Shown here piece by piece: positions 19,419 through 28,158 of a stretch of 64,000 nucleotides of DNA. The first letter of the stretch is position 1, and the number at the start of each line of letters is the position of its first letter. The position numbers and the translations under genes are program-made. This stretch comes from Thermodesulfobacteriota bacterium. Its GTDB lineage: Bacteria > Desulfobacterota > Desulfarculia > JACQYL01. The notes below the pieces were generated by a model, which had not been told where the DNA came from, searched no databases, and worked only from the letters and a program-made list of their open reading frames with translations. The stretch lies in the NCBI GenBank assembly GCA_963675595.2, contig CAXXLZ010000002.1, positions 3,552,001-3,616,000 of the forward strand, in the 5' to 3' direction.

Positions 19419-19874
19419 TCAAATAATTTTGGTCGGCACGACCGATTCGAATCGTTCCAGTCCCTGGCGGATGATCTTCCGGGTGTATTCGGGCAGGGAA
19501 TATCGTTCCATGTCTTCGGGATGTGCCCACTCCGCACGATCCACGTCGTCGGCGGGGCTGGGGTCTCCGGATTCCCAGCGGGCGACGAATTCGGCGATGA
19601 CGTAGTGAAACTGAATCCTCCCGACGGGGTCCCGGAGAATTCTCTCCACGAAGGTGAGGAGTTCCAAAGGACGAGCGATCACCGAGGTTTCCTCCAGAAC
19701 TTCCCGCGCCAACGCTTCCGAGAGGGTTTCCCCCAGCTCGACGGCTCCCCCGGGGATGGACCAAACGCCCATGGAAGGCTGCTTGCCTCTGCGAACCAGG
19801 AGCACTCTGCCGGCAGGCTCCACAACGACGCCCGCCACGGATACAACGGGTTGATCGGGATATTCTCTCTTCAC
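19419..19874 (-). CDS. NUDIX hydrolase
   Basis: Nudix box GGAVELGETLSEALAREVLEET. Confidence 0.92.
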   Translation of the reverse strand: MKREYPDQPVVSVAGVVVEPAGRVLLVRRGKQPSMGVWSIPGGAVELGETLSEALAREVLEETSVIARPLELLTFVERILRDPVGRIQFHYVIAEFVARWESGDPSPADDVDRAEWAHPEDMERYSLPEYTRKIIRQGLERFESVVPTKII

Positions 19875-19895
19875 TCCTTCACCTCTTCTTTCGAG

Positions 19896-20939
19896 CTAGG
19901 CTTGGACCGCTCTGCGCACATCCTCCACGTCCCCCATAACAATCAGTACATTGCCCGCCTCAAGCGGAGTGGAACCCGGCGGGTTGAAATCCATGCTTCC
20001 TCCCCGATTTTTCTGGAAAGCCAATACCATGAGCCGATAATTCTCGGAGAAGGCACACTCGGAAATGCGCTTGCCCTCGAAGGACGAGCCCTCCTTGATG
20101 GGGACTTCCTCGATCCGAACGGTCCCCTGGGCGCTTCGGATCATCTTGTCGATGAAATCCACGGCGGAAGGGCGGATCATTTCCGAGGCGATGCGTAATC
20201 CTCCAATGGTATTGGGAGAGACCACGGCATCCGCTCCGGCTCTCCTCAGTTTGGGCTCGATACCCCGTTCGGAGAATTTTGTCACGATGCGCAACTGTGA
20301 ATTGAGCATGCGAGCGCTCATGGTGACGAAAAGATTGTCCTTATCCGAGGGCAGGACGGAGATCAAGCCGGAAGCCCGCTGAACCCCGGCCTGGGTGAGA
20401 ACGTGATCGTCCGTGGCGTCTCCCCGAACGTACCGAAAAACCGCCTTGCCCGCGCTTGTGTCTCCGTGCTCTTCTCGATAAATTTCTTCCACGTTGCGTA
20501 ATCGCTCTTCGTCCAGGTCCACGGCCACCACCTCGTTCCGGTTCTTCAACAATTCCTCCAAGGCCCTGACGCCCGTGTCCCCCAGTCCGCAAACAATGAA
20601 ATGGCGGTTCATCTTGTCGATTTGCTGTTGCATGCGCTTTCTCCGAATGAATCCCGAGAAGTGGCCTTCCACGATGAATGCCGTGAAAGTGCCGGCGGCA
20701 TAGACCAGGATCCCCATGCCGAAAACGATGAGCACCATGGTGTAGATTACGGCCGGTACGCTGCCGGTTACCGGAACCACCTCTCCATAACCCACGGTGG
20801 TCAGTGATATCACCGTCATGTACAGACAGGCCAGGAAGGACTGCTCCCCCCGGAAGAGGGCGAAGTACCCCGCGGAGCCCAGCAGTACCACAAGGGCCGG
20901 CCACATGAGTACGCGGAAAAGCTGCTTTCGATGGAACAT
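19896..20939 (-). CDS. Potassium channel with TrkA-N/TrkA-C (RCK) domains
   Basis: Two TM helices around the TTVGYG filter; CGLGDTG Rossmann motif, GDAT, AGAD.VVSP; alternative start 21005. Confidence 0.9.
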   Translation of the reverse strand: MFHRKQLFRVLMWPALVVLLGSAGYFALFRGEQSFLACLYMTVISLTTVGYGEVVPVTGSVPAVIYTMVLIVFGMGILVYAAGTFTAFIVEGHFSGFIRRKRMQQQIDKMNRHFIVCGLGDTGVRALEELLKNRNEVVAVDLDEERLRNVEEIYREEHGDTSAGKAVFRYVRGDATDDHVLTQAGVQRASGLISVLPSDKDNLFVTMSARMLNSQLRIVTKFSERGIEPKLRRAGADAVVSPNTIGGLRIASEMIRPSAVDFIDKMIRSAQGTVRIEEVPIKEGSSFEGKRISECAFSENYRLMVLAFQKNRGGSMDFNPPGSTPLEAGNVLIVMGDVEDVRRAVQA

Positions 20940-21059
20940 CAGGGACCGTCCCCGGGCAAGCCGAAGGTTCCGAATCGTTCCGAATTCGTCCGACAGGGAA
21001 TCCAACGAATGCGGGTGGTTGAATTCTCCCTTTTGCAGAGCAAAGGGAGGAACGGCATG

Positions 21060-22187
21060 TTAACGGGGATCCTTTCGGTAAACACCCATGATCTCATTCA
21101 AAGCTCTGCCCGGAGTCAAAGGAGTGAGCCCAGGGTAGTCCGGGACAATACGATCCAAGCCGTATACGAGGAATACAGCGTCCTCTTTGGCCGATTTCGC
21201 GATTTTCTCGGCGAAAACGTCGTGGAGAGTGAAATGCGTGTAAAAGAGGTCCACGTCTTCGAAGGCATACCCTGTTTGAGCCTTCATCCGCCGGTAAGTG
21301 TCGTCCGCGAGTGAGTCTCCGGCCAGCAAACGGATTCTTGCCGGTGGGAGAGGGAGTCCCTTGGCCTTCAGCGTTCGGGAGACCTCTTCGAGCAGGTGTT
21401 GATTCGTCGAGAGCAGATCTTCGTCGATCTCAACGCCCAGAGACGCTCGGGTCCAGTAACTCATGAGCACATTCACCCTACCGTCGGCGCAACCGAGGTC
21501 GCAGAAGACGGTGCGCGACGGTGTCAGAACGTCCATCTCCACCAATGCGGGCAAACACTCCGAAAGTCTGGCGAGGTCGGTGGATTTGTAATTGCCCAAG
21601 TTTCCGCTGGTTCCGACCTTTTTCCCATCGTAGAAATTCCGGACGGCTTCCAGCGCCTGGGGAAGCAGCCTTTCTTCCAGGAGCTTGAGCCGTCGAACGA
21701 GTTCTTCGTGAATCACAAACTGGAGGTCGAGCTCGCGTGACGTGGTTTCCTGCAAGTGAACGAGGTCATGGTGGCTGAGGGCTTGCTTGATTCTCTCACA
21801 GAGATAGTTAACGCAGAGCACCGCTCGAGCCGGCAAAGTGCAGCCGGAAGCACCCAAGAAACGACAGGACCTGGAGTCGGGGGGGGCCGGCGTGGGAGTC
21901 GTTCCCATGAGGAGGTTGAGCAAAAGCAGGATCGAATCGTACTTGTTCTCAATACCGTCTCCGCAACAACTGCCGCCCAATTCGGCATCGCATTCGGCGC
22001 AGATCCGCGACACGCCGAGTTCACGCATGGTGTCGGAGGAGACTTGAACGGCGGAGCGATAGGTGTCGATCAGTGCGGACAATTTCGGGTCCGACAAGAA
22101 AAAATCGCCGTATCGTTCCCAAAGGTCCAAGGCCAGGGAGGTCTTGGATTCGATGGAGCCGCTGAATTGATTTCGATGAAGGACCAT
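21060..22187 (-). CDS. Hypothetical fusion: Cys-cluster domain + class I SAM-dependent methyltransferase-like domain
   Basis: N-half CAEC-x7-CC...CRFL...GC.L..R..LC..YLC; C-half VFCDLGCADG, GVEID, LAGD. Confidence 0.65.
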   Translation of the reverse strand: MVLHRNQFSGSIESKTSLALDLWERYGDFFLSDPKLSALIDTYRSAVQVSSDTMRELGVSRICAECDAELGGSCCGDGIENKYDSILLLLNLLMGTTPTPAPPDSRSCRFLGASGCTLPARAVLCVNYLCERIKQALSHHDLVHLQETTSRELDLQFVIHEELVRRLKLLEERLLPQALEAVRNFYDGKKVGTSGNLGNYKSTDLARLSECLPALVEMDVLTPSRTVFCDLGCADGRVNVLMSYWTRASLGVEIDEDLLSTNQHLLEEVSRTLKAKGLPLPPARIRLLAGDSLADDTYRRMKAQTGYAFEDVDLFYTHFTLHDVFAEKIAKSAKEDAVFLVYGLDRIVPDYPGLTPLTPGRALNEIMGVYRKDPR

Positions 22188-22303
22188 TTGGAATTTGCTC
22201 GTTTATTCGGATTCCATCGGAAGAGGAAAAGGAGTGATGGAGATCGAGAGATTTCGTCGGAATAACAGTCCTGAGCTTCTCCGTCGGGCTCGAACGCCCG
22301 GTT

Positions 22304-22849
22304 TCATTTGGCGCCGGATTTCTTCTTCAGGTCCGATTTCAAGAGGTGGACACCCGCCTTATTCCAGAAATCGTACACACAGTGGCGCAGTACGGTGACC
22401 GGTGCTCCGTTCTTCAGCTTGACGACTATTTCATATCTGCTGAATTCGTCCACCAACCCACGTATCAGTTCCCCTTCCAGTGTTTGCAGGAAGACCACTT
22501 CACGGTTTTTCATGAGTGGAAACAGCGTCTTGTTCTTAATGTGGCGGCGGCGCGCCTTTTCCTCGATGGGGGGATGCAATATCTTCTCATCTCTTTTGAT
22601 GAGTTTGGTCACCAAAGACTCTTTGGATTCGGGGTACAAGTATTTGATTTCGACTTTTCGGATCCCTTGTTCGCCCAGAGAAACGTCCTCGACGGTCACA
22701 TCGTACTTCTCATTTTTTTTGATGATCCCGCGAAACGTTTTGAGTCCGTGGCAATACAGAATCCAAACCTCGCCCGAGGACAACGCCTGATCGAACGCGG
22801 AAGCCTCGTAGTGAGATTCCAGGTATGTTCTCAGTTCTCCGACATCCAT
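22304..22849 (-). CDS. Hypothetical protein with two Hfq/Sm-like repeats
   Basis: C-half LFPLMKNREVVFLQTLEGELIRGLVDEFSRYEIVVK...VLRHCV aligns by eye to Hfq Sm1/Sm2; the N-half has a weaker copy. Confidence 0.6.
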   Translation of the reverse strand: MDVGELRTYLESHYEASAFDQALSSGEVWILYCHGLKTFRGIIKKNEKYDVTVEDVSLGEQGIRKVEIKYLYPESKESLVTKLIKRDEKILHPPIEEKARRRHIKNKTLFPLMKNREVVFLQTLEGELIRGLVDEFSRYEIVVKLKNGAPVTVLRHCVYDFWNKAGVHLLKSDLKKKSGAK

Positions 22850-23122
22850 TCTCGGTTTTCCCCGCTTGTTTGTGTATTCTATGCATAGAGAATTCTTCGC
22901 CGCATTTCAAGCGCCGTGGGATTCTATGGTCGAGGCGTTGCCTTAGGGGTTTATCCTCCTTGGAATTCCTGCTAAGAGATTCCCGGTCCGGATGAGGTCG
23001 GAGACACGATGTCCGCTTGCTCGGCGGATCGCCTCCCGGTGAGATCGTTACTTGGGTGGAGACGTTTGGGAGATGCCGGAGGGCGGAACCCCGGACGTGA
23101 AATTTCGAGAAAGGAATCGGCC

Positions 23123-24409
23123 ATGGACGACTTGAAAAAGGCTTACCACACTATTGTTAAGGATCATTTCCCCGACCGTATCACCATGGAGTTCGGAGGT
23201 AAGACCCTGGTTTATGAGAAGCACGTGTGGAAGATCAAGGATGAGTCCACCGGGGAACTGGTGCAAAGAGGATTACGCTACGGGGAGAACCCGGGGCAGG
23301 AAGCGGCCTTGTATCGTCTTGTCAACGGCAATCTGGTCTTGGGGGACTGCGGTTTCATCGGGCCGGGGAGGGGACTGGTCAGCGACATCTCCGAAGAAGA
23401 CATGCTCCAATTCGGCAAGCATCCGGGCAAGACAAACCTGACGGATATAGACAACTCGTTGAATATCCTGAAGTTCTTGATGGATCGTCCCTGCACGGTC
23501 ATCGTCAAGCACAACAACCCGTGTGGAGTGGCCTGGGGCGCCGATTTGGCCGAATCCTACGAAAAGGCCAACATGGCCGACAGGATCGCGGCATTCGGTG
23601 GGTGCGCGGCGTTCAATCGTGAGGTGGACCGGGAAACCGCCCGTCTGGTGGCGGAAAACTACCTTGAAGTGGTGGCTGCGCCCGAGTTCAGTGGAGACGC
23701 CTTGGACCTTCTCAAGAAACGTCCCAATCTGCGCATCGTCCGAATCGGAAGGATCAATGATTTGAAGGACTACGTGACAACGCGTTTCCTGGATTTCAAG
23801 AGCCTGATGGACGGGGGCGTCATTATTCAGCAATCGGCTGTGAATACGGTCCTTTCGGCTTCGGATTTCAAGCCGGCCCGGGCCGCTCATGAAGGGAAGG
23901 AATACGGTATCGCGCGTCAACCCACCGAAGAGGAGCTCTCGGACCTGCTCTTCGGTTGGGCCGTCGAGCAGGGAGTGACCTCCAATTCGGTGCTCTATGT
24001 GAAGAACGGAGTCACCGTGGGCATCGGAACCGGGGAGCAGGATCGCGTGGGAGTGGCGGAAATCGGGGTGTTCAAGGCCTACACCAAGTATGCAGACGCC
24101 CTATGTTTCCGGACGTTCGGCATTCCCTACAAGGACCTCGAGCTGGAGGTCGCTCGAGGAACCCGAGCCAAGACGGATCAGGAACGAATCGATGCCGAGA
24201 CGCGTGAACATCGGGGAGGCTTGATCGGTTCTTCGATGGTGTCGGACGCGTTTTTTCCTTTTCGGGACGGTGTGGACGTGGGCCTAAAGGAAGGAGTGCG
24301 CGCCGTGGTACAGCCGGGTGGATCGCTGAGGGACTACGAGGTGATCGAAGCGTGCAACGAGGTCGGTGCGACCATGGTGTTTACCGGTCAACGGGCCTTC
24401 AAACACTAA
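23123..24409 (+). CDS. purH: PurH-family AICAR transformylase domain protein (no N-terminal MGS/IMP cyclohydrolase domain)
   Basis: LRYGENPGQEAA, VKHNNPCGVA, AFGG, SNS, GQDR-like GEQDR, SDAFFPFRD, QPGGS.RD, FTGQRAFKH; start ATG 23123 behind AAGGA. Confidence 0.85.
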   Translation: MDDLKKAYHTIVKDHFPDRITMEFGGKTLVYEKHVWKIKDESTGELVQRGLRYGENPGQEAALYRLVNGNLVLGDCGFIGPGRGLVSDISEEDMLQFGKHPGKTNLTDIDNSLNILKFLMDRPCTVIVKHNNPCGVAWGADLAESYEKANMADRIAAFGGCAAFNREVDRETARLVAENYLEVVAAPEFSGDALDLLKKRPNLRIVRIGRINDLKDYVTTRFLDFKSLMDGGVIIQQSAVNTVLSASDFKPARAAHEGKEYGIARQPTEEELSDLLFGWAVEQGVTSNSVLYVKNGVTVGIGTGEQDRVGVAEIGVFKAYTKYADALCFRTFGIPYKDLELEVARGTRAKTDQERIDAETREHRGGLIGSSMVSDAFFPFRDGVDVGLKEGVRAVVQPGGSLRDYEVIEACNEVGATMVFTGQRAFKH

Positions 24410-24440
24410 CGGCCGATACGCGGTCGCCCGTTTTTTGGGT

Positions 24441-24478
24441 CGGAGGGAACCCTGTAAGGGTTCCCTCCGTTGTTTTTT
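24441..24478 (+). terminator. Intrinsic terminator after purH
   Basis: CGGAGGGAACCCT-GTA-AGGGTTCCCTCCG (13-bp stem) followed by TTGTTTTTT. Confidence 0.85.
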
Positions 24479-24496
24479 GGATTGCGATCCTTCCGA

Positions 24497-25870
24497 TTAC
24501 TCGTGAGGTCTGTTCTCCAGCTTGCTGAAGATATTCCACGCTCTGAGCAGTTCCACGGCCCTAGAAAGCTGGTTGTCCTCCGCTTCCTCGGCTTCCGGTT
24601 GAGGAGACGCTTCCTCATCCGATAGGTTGGAGTCTTCTTCTTGGACGTCCTGCTTCTCCGGCTGCTCGGATTCCGTGGAATTCTCCAGGTGCCTGAGCAA
24701 GTCCTTTTCCCGAATGAATTTCCGTTTCTTCTCGGCTTCCTGGTCCGGAGCTTTTCGGATCATTTCCACAAACACATCGGGCGTAATTCCTTTCGCCTGG
24801 ATGGAACGATCGCCCGGGGTATAGTACAGAGCGGTGGTGAGGCGTAATCCGGAGTCGTCGTCCAATGGAATGATGGTCTGCACGGAGCCTTTTCCGAAGG
24901 TCGAAGTCCCCATGATAATGGCGCGCTTATGATCCTGCAGGGCGCCGGCGACGATTTCGGAAGCGCTGGCGCTGCCTTGATTGACCAGAACCACTACTGG
25001 AAGGTGCTTGGGAACCAGGATTTCTTCATCGGCGTAGAAGTGAACATTCTGATTCTGAACGCGGCCTTTCGTGTAGACGATGACCCCGTCCGAAAGAAAC
25101 GCGTCGCTGACCTTCACCGCCTGATCCAACAGTCCACCGGGGTTGTTTCTCAGGTCCAGGACCAAGCCGTTGTAGAGCTTTTCATCCAGCTTGAGTTCCT
25201 TGACGGCCTCCGCCAACTTGTCGTAGGTGCGGTCTTGAAACGCCAAAATCCGGATGTAGGCGATGTCGTCGCCGACGGTTTTCCACTTGACGCTTTGCAC
25301 ACGGATGATGTCCCGTACTATGGGAATCGTCAGCAGTCGGGTTTCCCCTTCGCGGAGAATGGTCAGGACCACCTCTTGCCCGCGCGGACCTCGAATGAGT
25401 TTCACCGCATCGGTAAGGCTCATATCTTTGGTGATCTTTCCGTCGATTTTGATGATCTTGTCTCCGGCTTTCATTCCGGCTCGGAAAGCGGGAGTGTCTT
25501 CGATGGGGGAAACCACGGTGAGCACCCCGTCACGGACGGTGATTTCGATCCCGATGCCCCCGAACTCCCCTTTGGTTTCGATGCGGAGTTCCTTATATTC
25601 GTCGGGAGGAAGAAACGCGGAGTGGGGATCGAGTATTCGCACCATACCCTGGATCGCCCCATATATGAGATCCTCGGGCTTCTCCTCGTCCACGTACTTC
25701 TGCTCGATCTCGTTGAGCACCGACGTGAATATCTTGAGCTTTTCGTAGGTATCGTCGGACCCGGAGCCGGCTCCGGACACCCCTCCTTCGGGTATGGTGA
25801 GGAAAAAGGCCAGAGCAATGACCGTGGCGATCACCGGCGTTACGATTTGCCAGAGTTTTTCAAACTTCAT
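24497..25870 (-). CDS. ctpA: S41 carboxyl-terminal processing protease (CtpA-like)
   Basis: LDPHS, GEFGGIGI PDZ, DLRNNPGGLL, SASASEIVAGALQD, FGKGSVQ, GITPD. Confidence 0.93.
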   Translation of the reverse strand: MKFEKLWQIVTPVIATVIALAFFLTIPEGGVSGAGSGSDDTYEKLKIFTSVLNEIEQKYVDEEKPEDLIYGAIQGMVRILDPHSAFLPPDEYKELRIETKGEFGGIGIEITVRDGVLTVVSPIEDTPAFRAGMKAGDKIIKIDGKITKDMSLTDAVKLIRGPRGQEVVLTILREGETRLLTIPIVRDIIRVQSVKWKTVGDDIAYIRILAFQDRTYDKLAEAVKELKLDEKLYNGLVLDLRNNPGGLLDQAVKVSDAFLSDGVIVYTKGRVQNQNVHFYADEEILVPKHLPVVVLVNQGSASASEIVAGALQDHKRAIIMGTSTFGKGSVQTIIPLDDDSGLRLTTALYYTPGDRSIQAKGITPDVFVEMIRKAPDQEAEKKRKFIREKDLLRHLENSTESEQPEKQDVQEEDSNLSDEEASPQPEAEEAEDNQLSRAVELLRAWNIFSKLENRPHE

Positions 25871-26062
25871 GTCTTCCTCTCGGCATGCGGTTGAGATGGT
25901 AGCGGTTGAAGATCGACAGAGAAAAGCTCATTGCCCGCGGGTCCGGGACAACGGTTCGTCCTCGACCTGCTTTCACCGTCCGGCGGGCCGACGAAGGCGG
26001 TGCGCCCCGGCACCTCATCTACTCCCGACGTCCCACCGTCGGCGCCGCTCCCGCCAGGGCGG

Positions 26063-27463
26063 TCATTCGAGCAGGCCCATGGCGGCCTTCAACTGAGCGA
26101 GTGAGATGTTGTAGTCGTACAGCGCATTATAATAATTGTCCTGAGCCTGGGACAACAGCGTCTGAGCATCCAGAACCTCGGTGTTCGTGGTCACCTGCTC
26201 CTTATATCGTTCCGAAGCCATACGCAGGTTTTCCTCGGCCTGATCAATCGTGGTCTGGGTGACGGGAATGTTTTTTTCAGCCACCCTTAGATCCAGGAAC
26301 GCATTATTGATCTCGAGGGCCACGGCTTCCCGTACCTGTTTTTCGATCTCCTTGCTCTGTTTGACCCGGACCTTCTTTTCGGATGTGTCGTAGAAGGTCC
26401 GCCCCCACTCCCAGAATGTCCATTCCAGCCCCGCGATGAACGACCAGTCTTCCGCGTCTTCGTAGTCCGACCCGTCCACGGTCCACTCGTCGCCCTTCCT
26501 TACATAATCGAACATCACGGAAAGGTTGGGATAGTAATCGGCTTCAGCTAATTTTACGTTCTTCTCGGCCACATCGATTCCCAACTCCGCGCGACGGATA
26601 TCGGGGCGAAGGTCGAAAGCCTGGTCGAGGCACTCCCGGAAAGACTTGTCGAACGGGTTGTATCTCAGCAAATCCAAAACTTGGGTCTTCGCCTCCACGG
26701 GAAAGCGAAGCAGGTTGTTCAGCTGGGCCCTGCGAACCTCGATAAGGTTCTCCGCTCTGGTCAAGTTGTGACGCGCGTTGGCGGCTTCGACCTCGGCCTT
26801 CAAATAGTCGTTCTTGGGCGTCATGCCCACTTCATAGAAGTCTTTGGCCATCTTGGCTTGGGCTTCGAAGCCCTTGACGGCGGTTTGTGCGACGATGAGT
26901 CCCTTTTCGGCCCGAAGGAGATTGTAATAGACCTGTTTCGCACTGAAGATAAGTTCGAGCTTCTTAATTTCCAAAGATGCCTTGGCTACGTCGATACCGA
27001 GTTTGGCCAGATCGAAGGAGGTCAGTATGCGAAACCCGGTGAACAGGGGTTGCGTCAGGGTGGTTTCCCAATTCCAATTATTAATGGTTCCGGTTTGGAT
27101 TTCGCCCGGCATCGAAGGCAGGGAGAAGCTTTCAAGCACCGGAGTCTCATTGAGACGCGTGTAGCTGTATTGGGTTTTCGCTTTGAAAAAGAATTCGGAC
27201 CGGGCGACCTTTTTCTGAGCGTGAGCGGCCTCGATTTCGTCGCGAGCCACCAGAATGTCCGGATTACGATCAAGTACGATGCGAATGCAGTCTTGCAGAG
27301 ACAGGGGCCCCGACGTTGAAGCGGCGTCGGCCCCTGAAATACCCGGGTCCTGCTGCCGAACATCGCCGGAAGTATCCCCCGCGGGTGGTTCGATGGAAAA
27401 AACCGGTAACGGTATCAGGCAGACAAGCAGAAAAATAATCATGGGAATTCGCACGAAAGTCAC
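26063..27463 (-). CDS. TolC family outer membrane efflux protein
   Basis: Signal peptide, LSLQDCI...NPDI, two OEP repeats (LTQPLFTG; YYPNLS; ERYKEQ..TNTEVLDAQ). Confidence 0.9.
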   Translation of the reverse strand: MTFVRIPMIIFLLVCLIPLPVFSIEPPAGDTSGDVRQQDPGISGADAASTSGPLSLQDCIRIVLDRNPDILVARDEIEAAHAQKKVARSEFFFKAKTQYSYTRLNETPVLESFSLPSMPGEIQTGTINNWNWETTLTQPLFTGFRILTSFDLAKLGIDVAKASLEIKKLELIFSAKQVYYNLLRAEKGLIVAQTAVKGFEAQAKMAKDFYEVGMTPKNDYLKAEVEAANARHNLTRAENLIEVRRAQLNNLLRFPVEAKTQVLDLLRYNPFDKSFRECLDQAFDLRPDIRRAELGIDVAEKNVKLAEADYYPNLSVMFDYVRKGDEWTVDGSDYEDAEDWSFIAGLEWTFWEWGRTFYDTSEKKVRVKQSKEIEKQVREAVALEINNAFLDLRVAEKNIPVTQTTIDQAEENLRMASERYKEQVTTNTEVLDAQTLLSQAQDNYYNALYDYNISLAQLKAAMGLLE

Positions 27464-28158
27464 TCCATTGAACTCGCTGATCGCCGTAGAGACGGTGGTC
27501 CGGTCAAGCTAAATGAGAAATCGGTGCCGACTCGAAAGTAAGAAGGAAAAAAAAGGGGCCTCACGTTCCCTGATCATTTTTCTCAATTTCGCAGTGTAAG
27601 GCCGTTCGGTCGAATTATGTCCGAGGGGATTTTCCCGGTCAAGTCCCTTTCCCATATCCCCGAAAGTGCCGCTGCCGAGCGCAAGGAATGTCCGGTCTTT
27701 TGGGAATTCCGTTCTTTGGGAATAGAAGTCGGTTCCGCGTCTTTGACGGATGCACGAGGTATCGCAGGCCGTGCTCGACTCCAGTTAAGACCGGCATAAG
27801 CCGTCATGCGGTGCGCCGGCGGGGAAGCGCGGGCCTTAATTTGGTGTCGAGTAGGCTCCGGGTATTGGATTTGCTTTGACGACGGCTTGGGGTGAGTGTA
27901 ATTTTGAGAAATGTAAAGTTCCCGCTCTTTTTCGGATACCTCTAAAAAAATAAGAAGCCTGAACACATACTTGAGCCGGCTCCGAATCGATTCGGCTTTC
28001 AGCTGGGTTTCGTTCGAATCGACGGAGTCGTCTTGGATTGAGAGGGAAAATAATTCCTTCATACTTCACAAATTCATGAATTTTGGTGGGCCGGCATGTA
28101 AGGACCGAAAATCATAATAGGGTGAGTGATGCCAACGCAAGAGGGCAAGGGGGACGCC

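Noticed and set aside
22981-23120. ZTP (pfl) riboswitch upstream of purH
   Set aside because: The conserved GACTGGCG and CGCCTGGGC elements are absent; kept only as a low-interest structured-leader note.
27541-27575. GGCCCC-T8 on the minus strand upstream of tolC as an attenuator
   Set aside because: Only ~4 bp of stem can be formed and there is no leader peptide or aptamer.
27583-28069. ORFs of 159, 77, 63 and 60 aa in the tolC spacer, and the 111-aa ORF at 53913-54248
   Set aside because: No motifs, atypical composition, and they overlap likely promoter regions.
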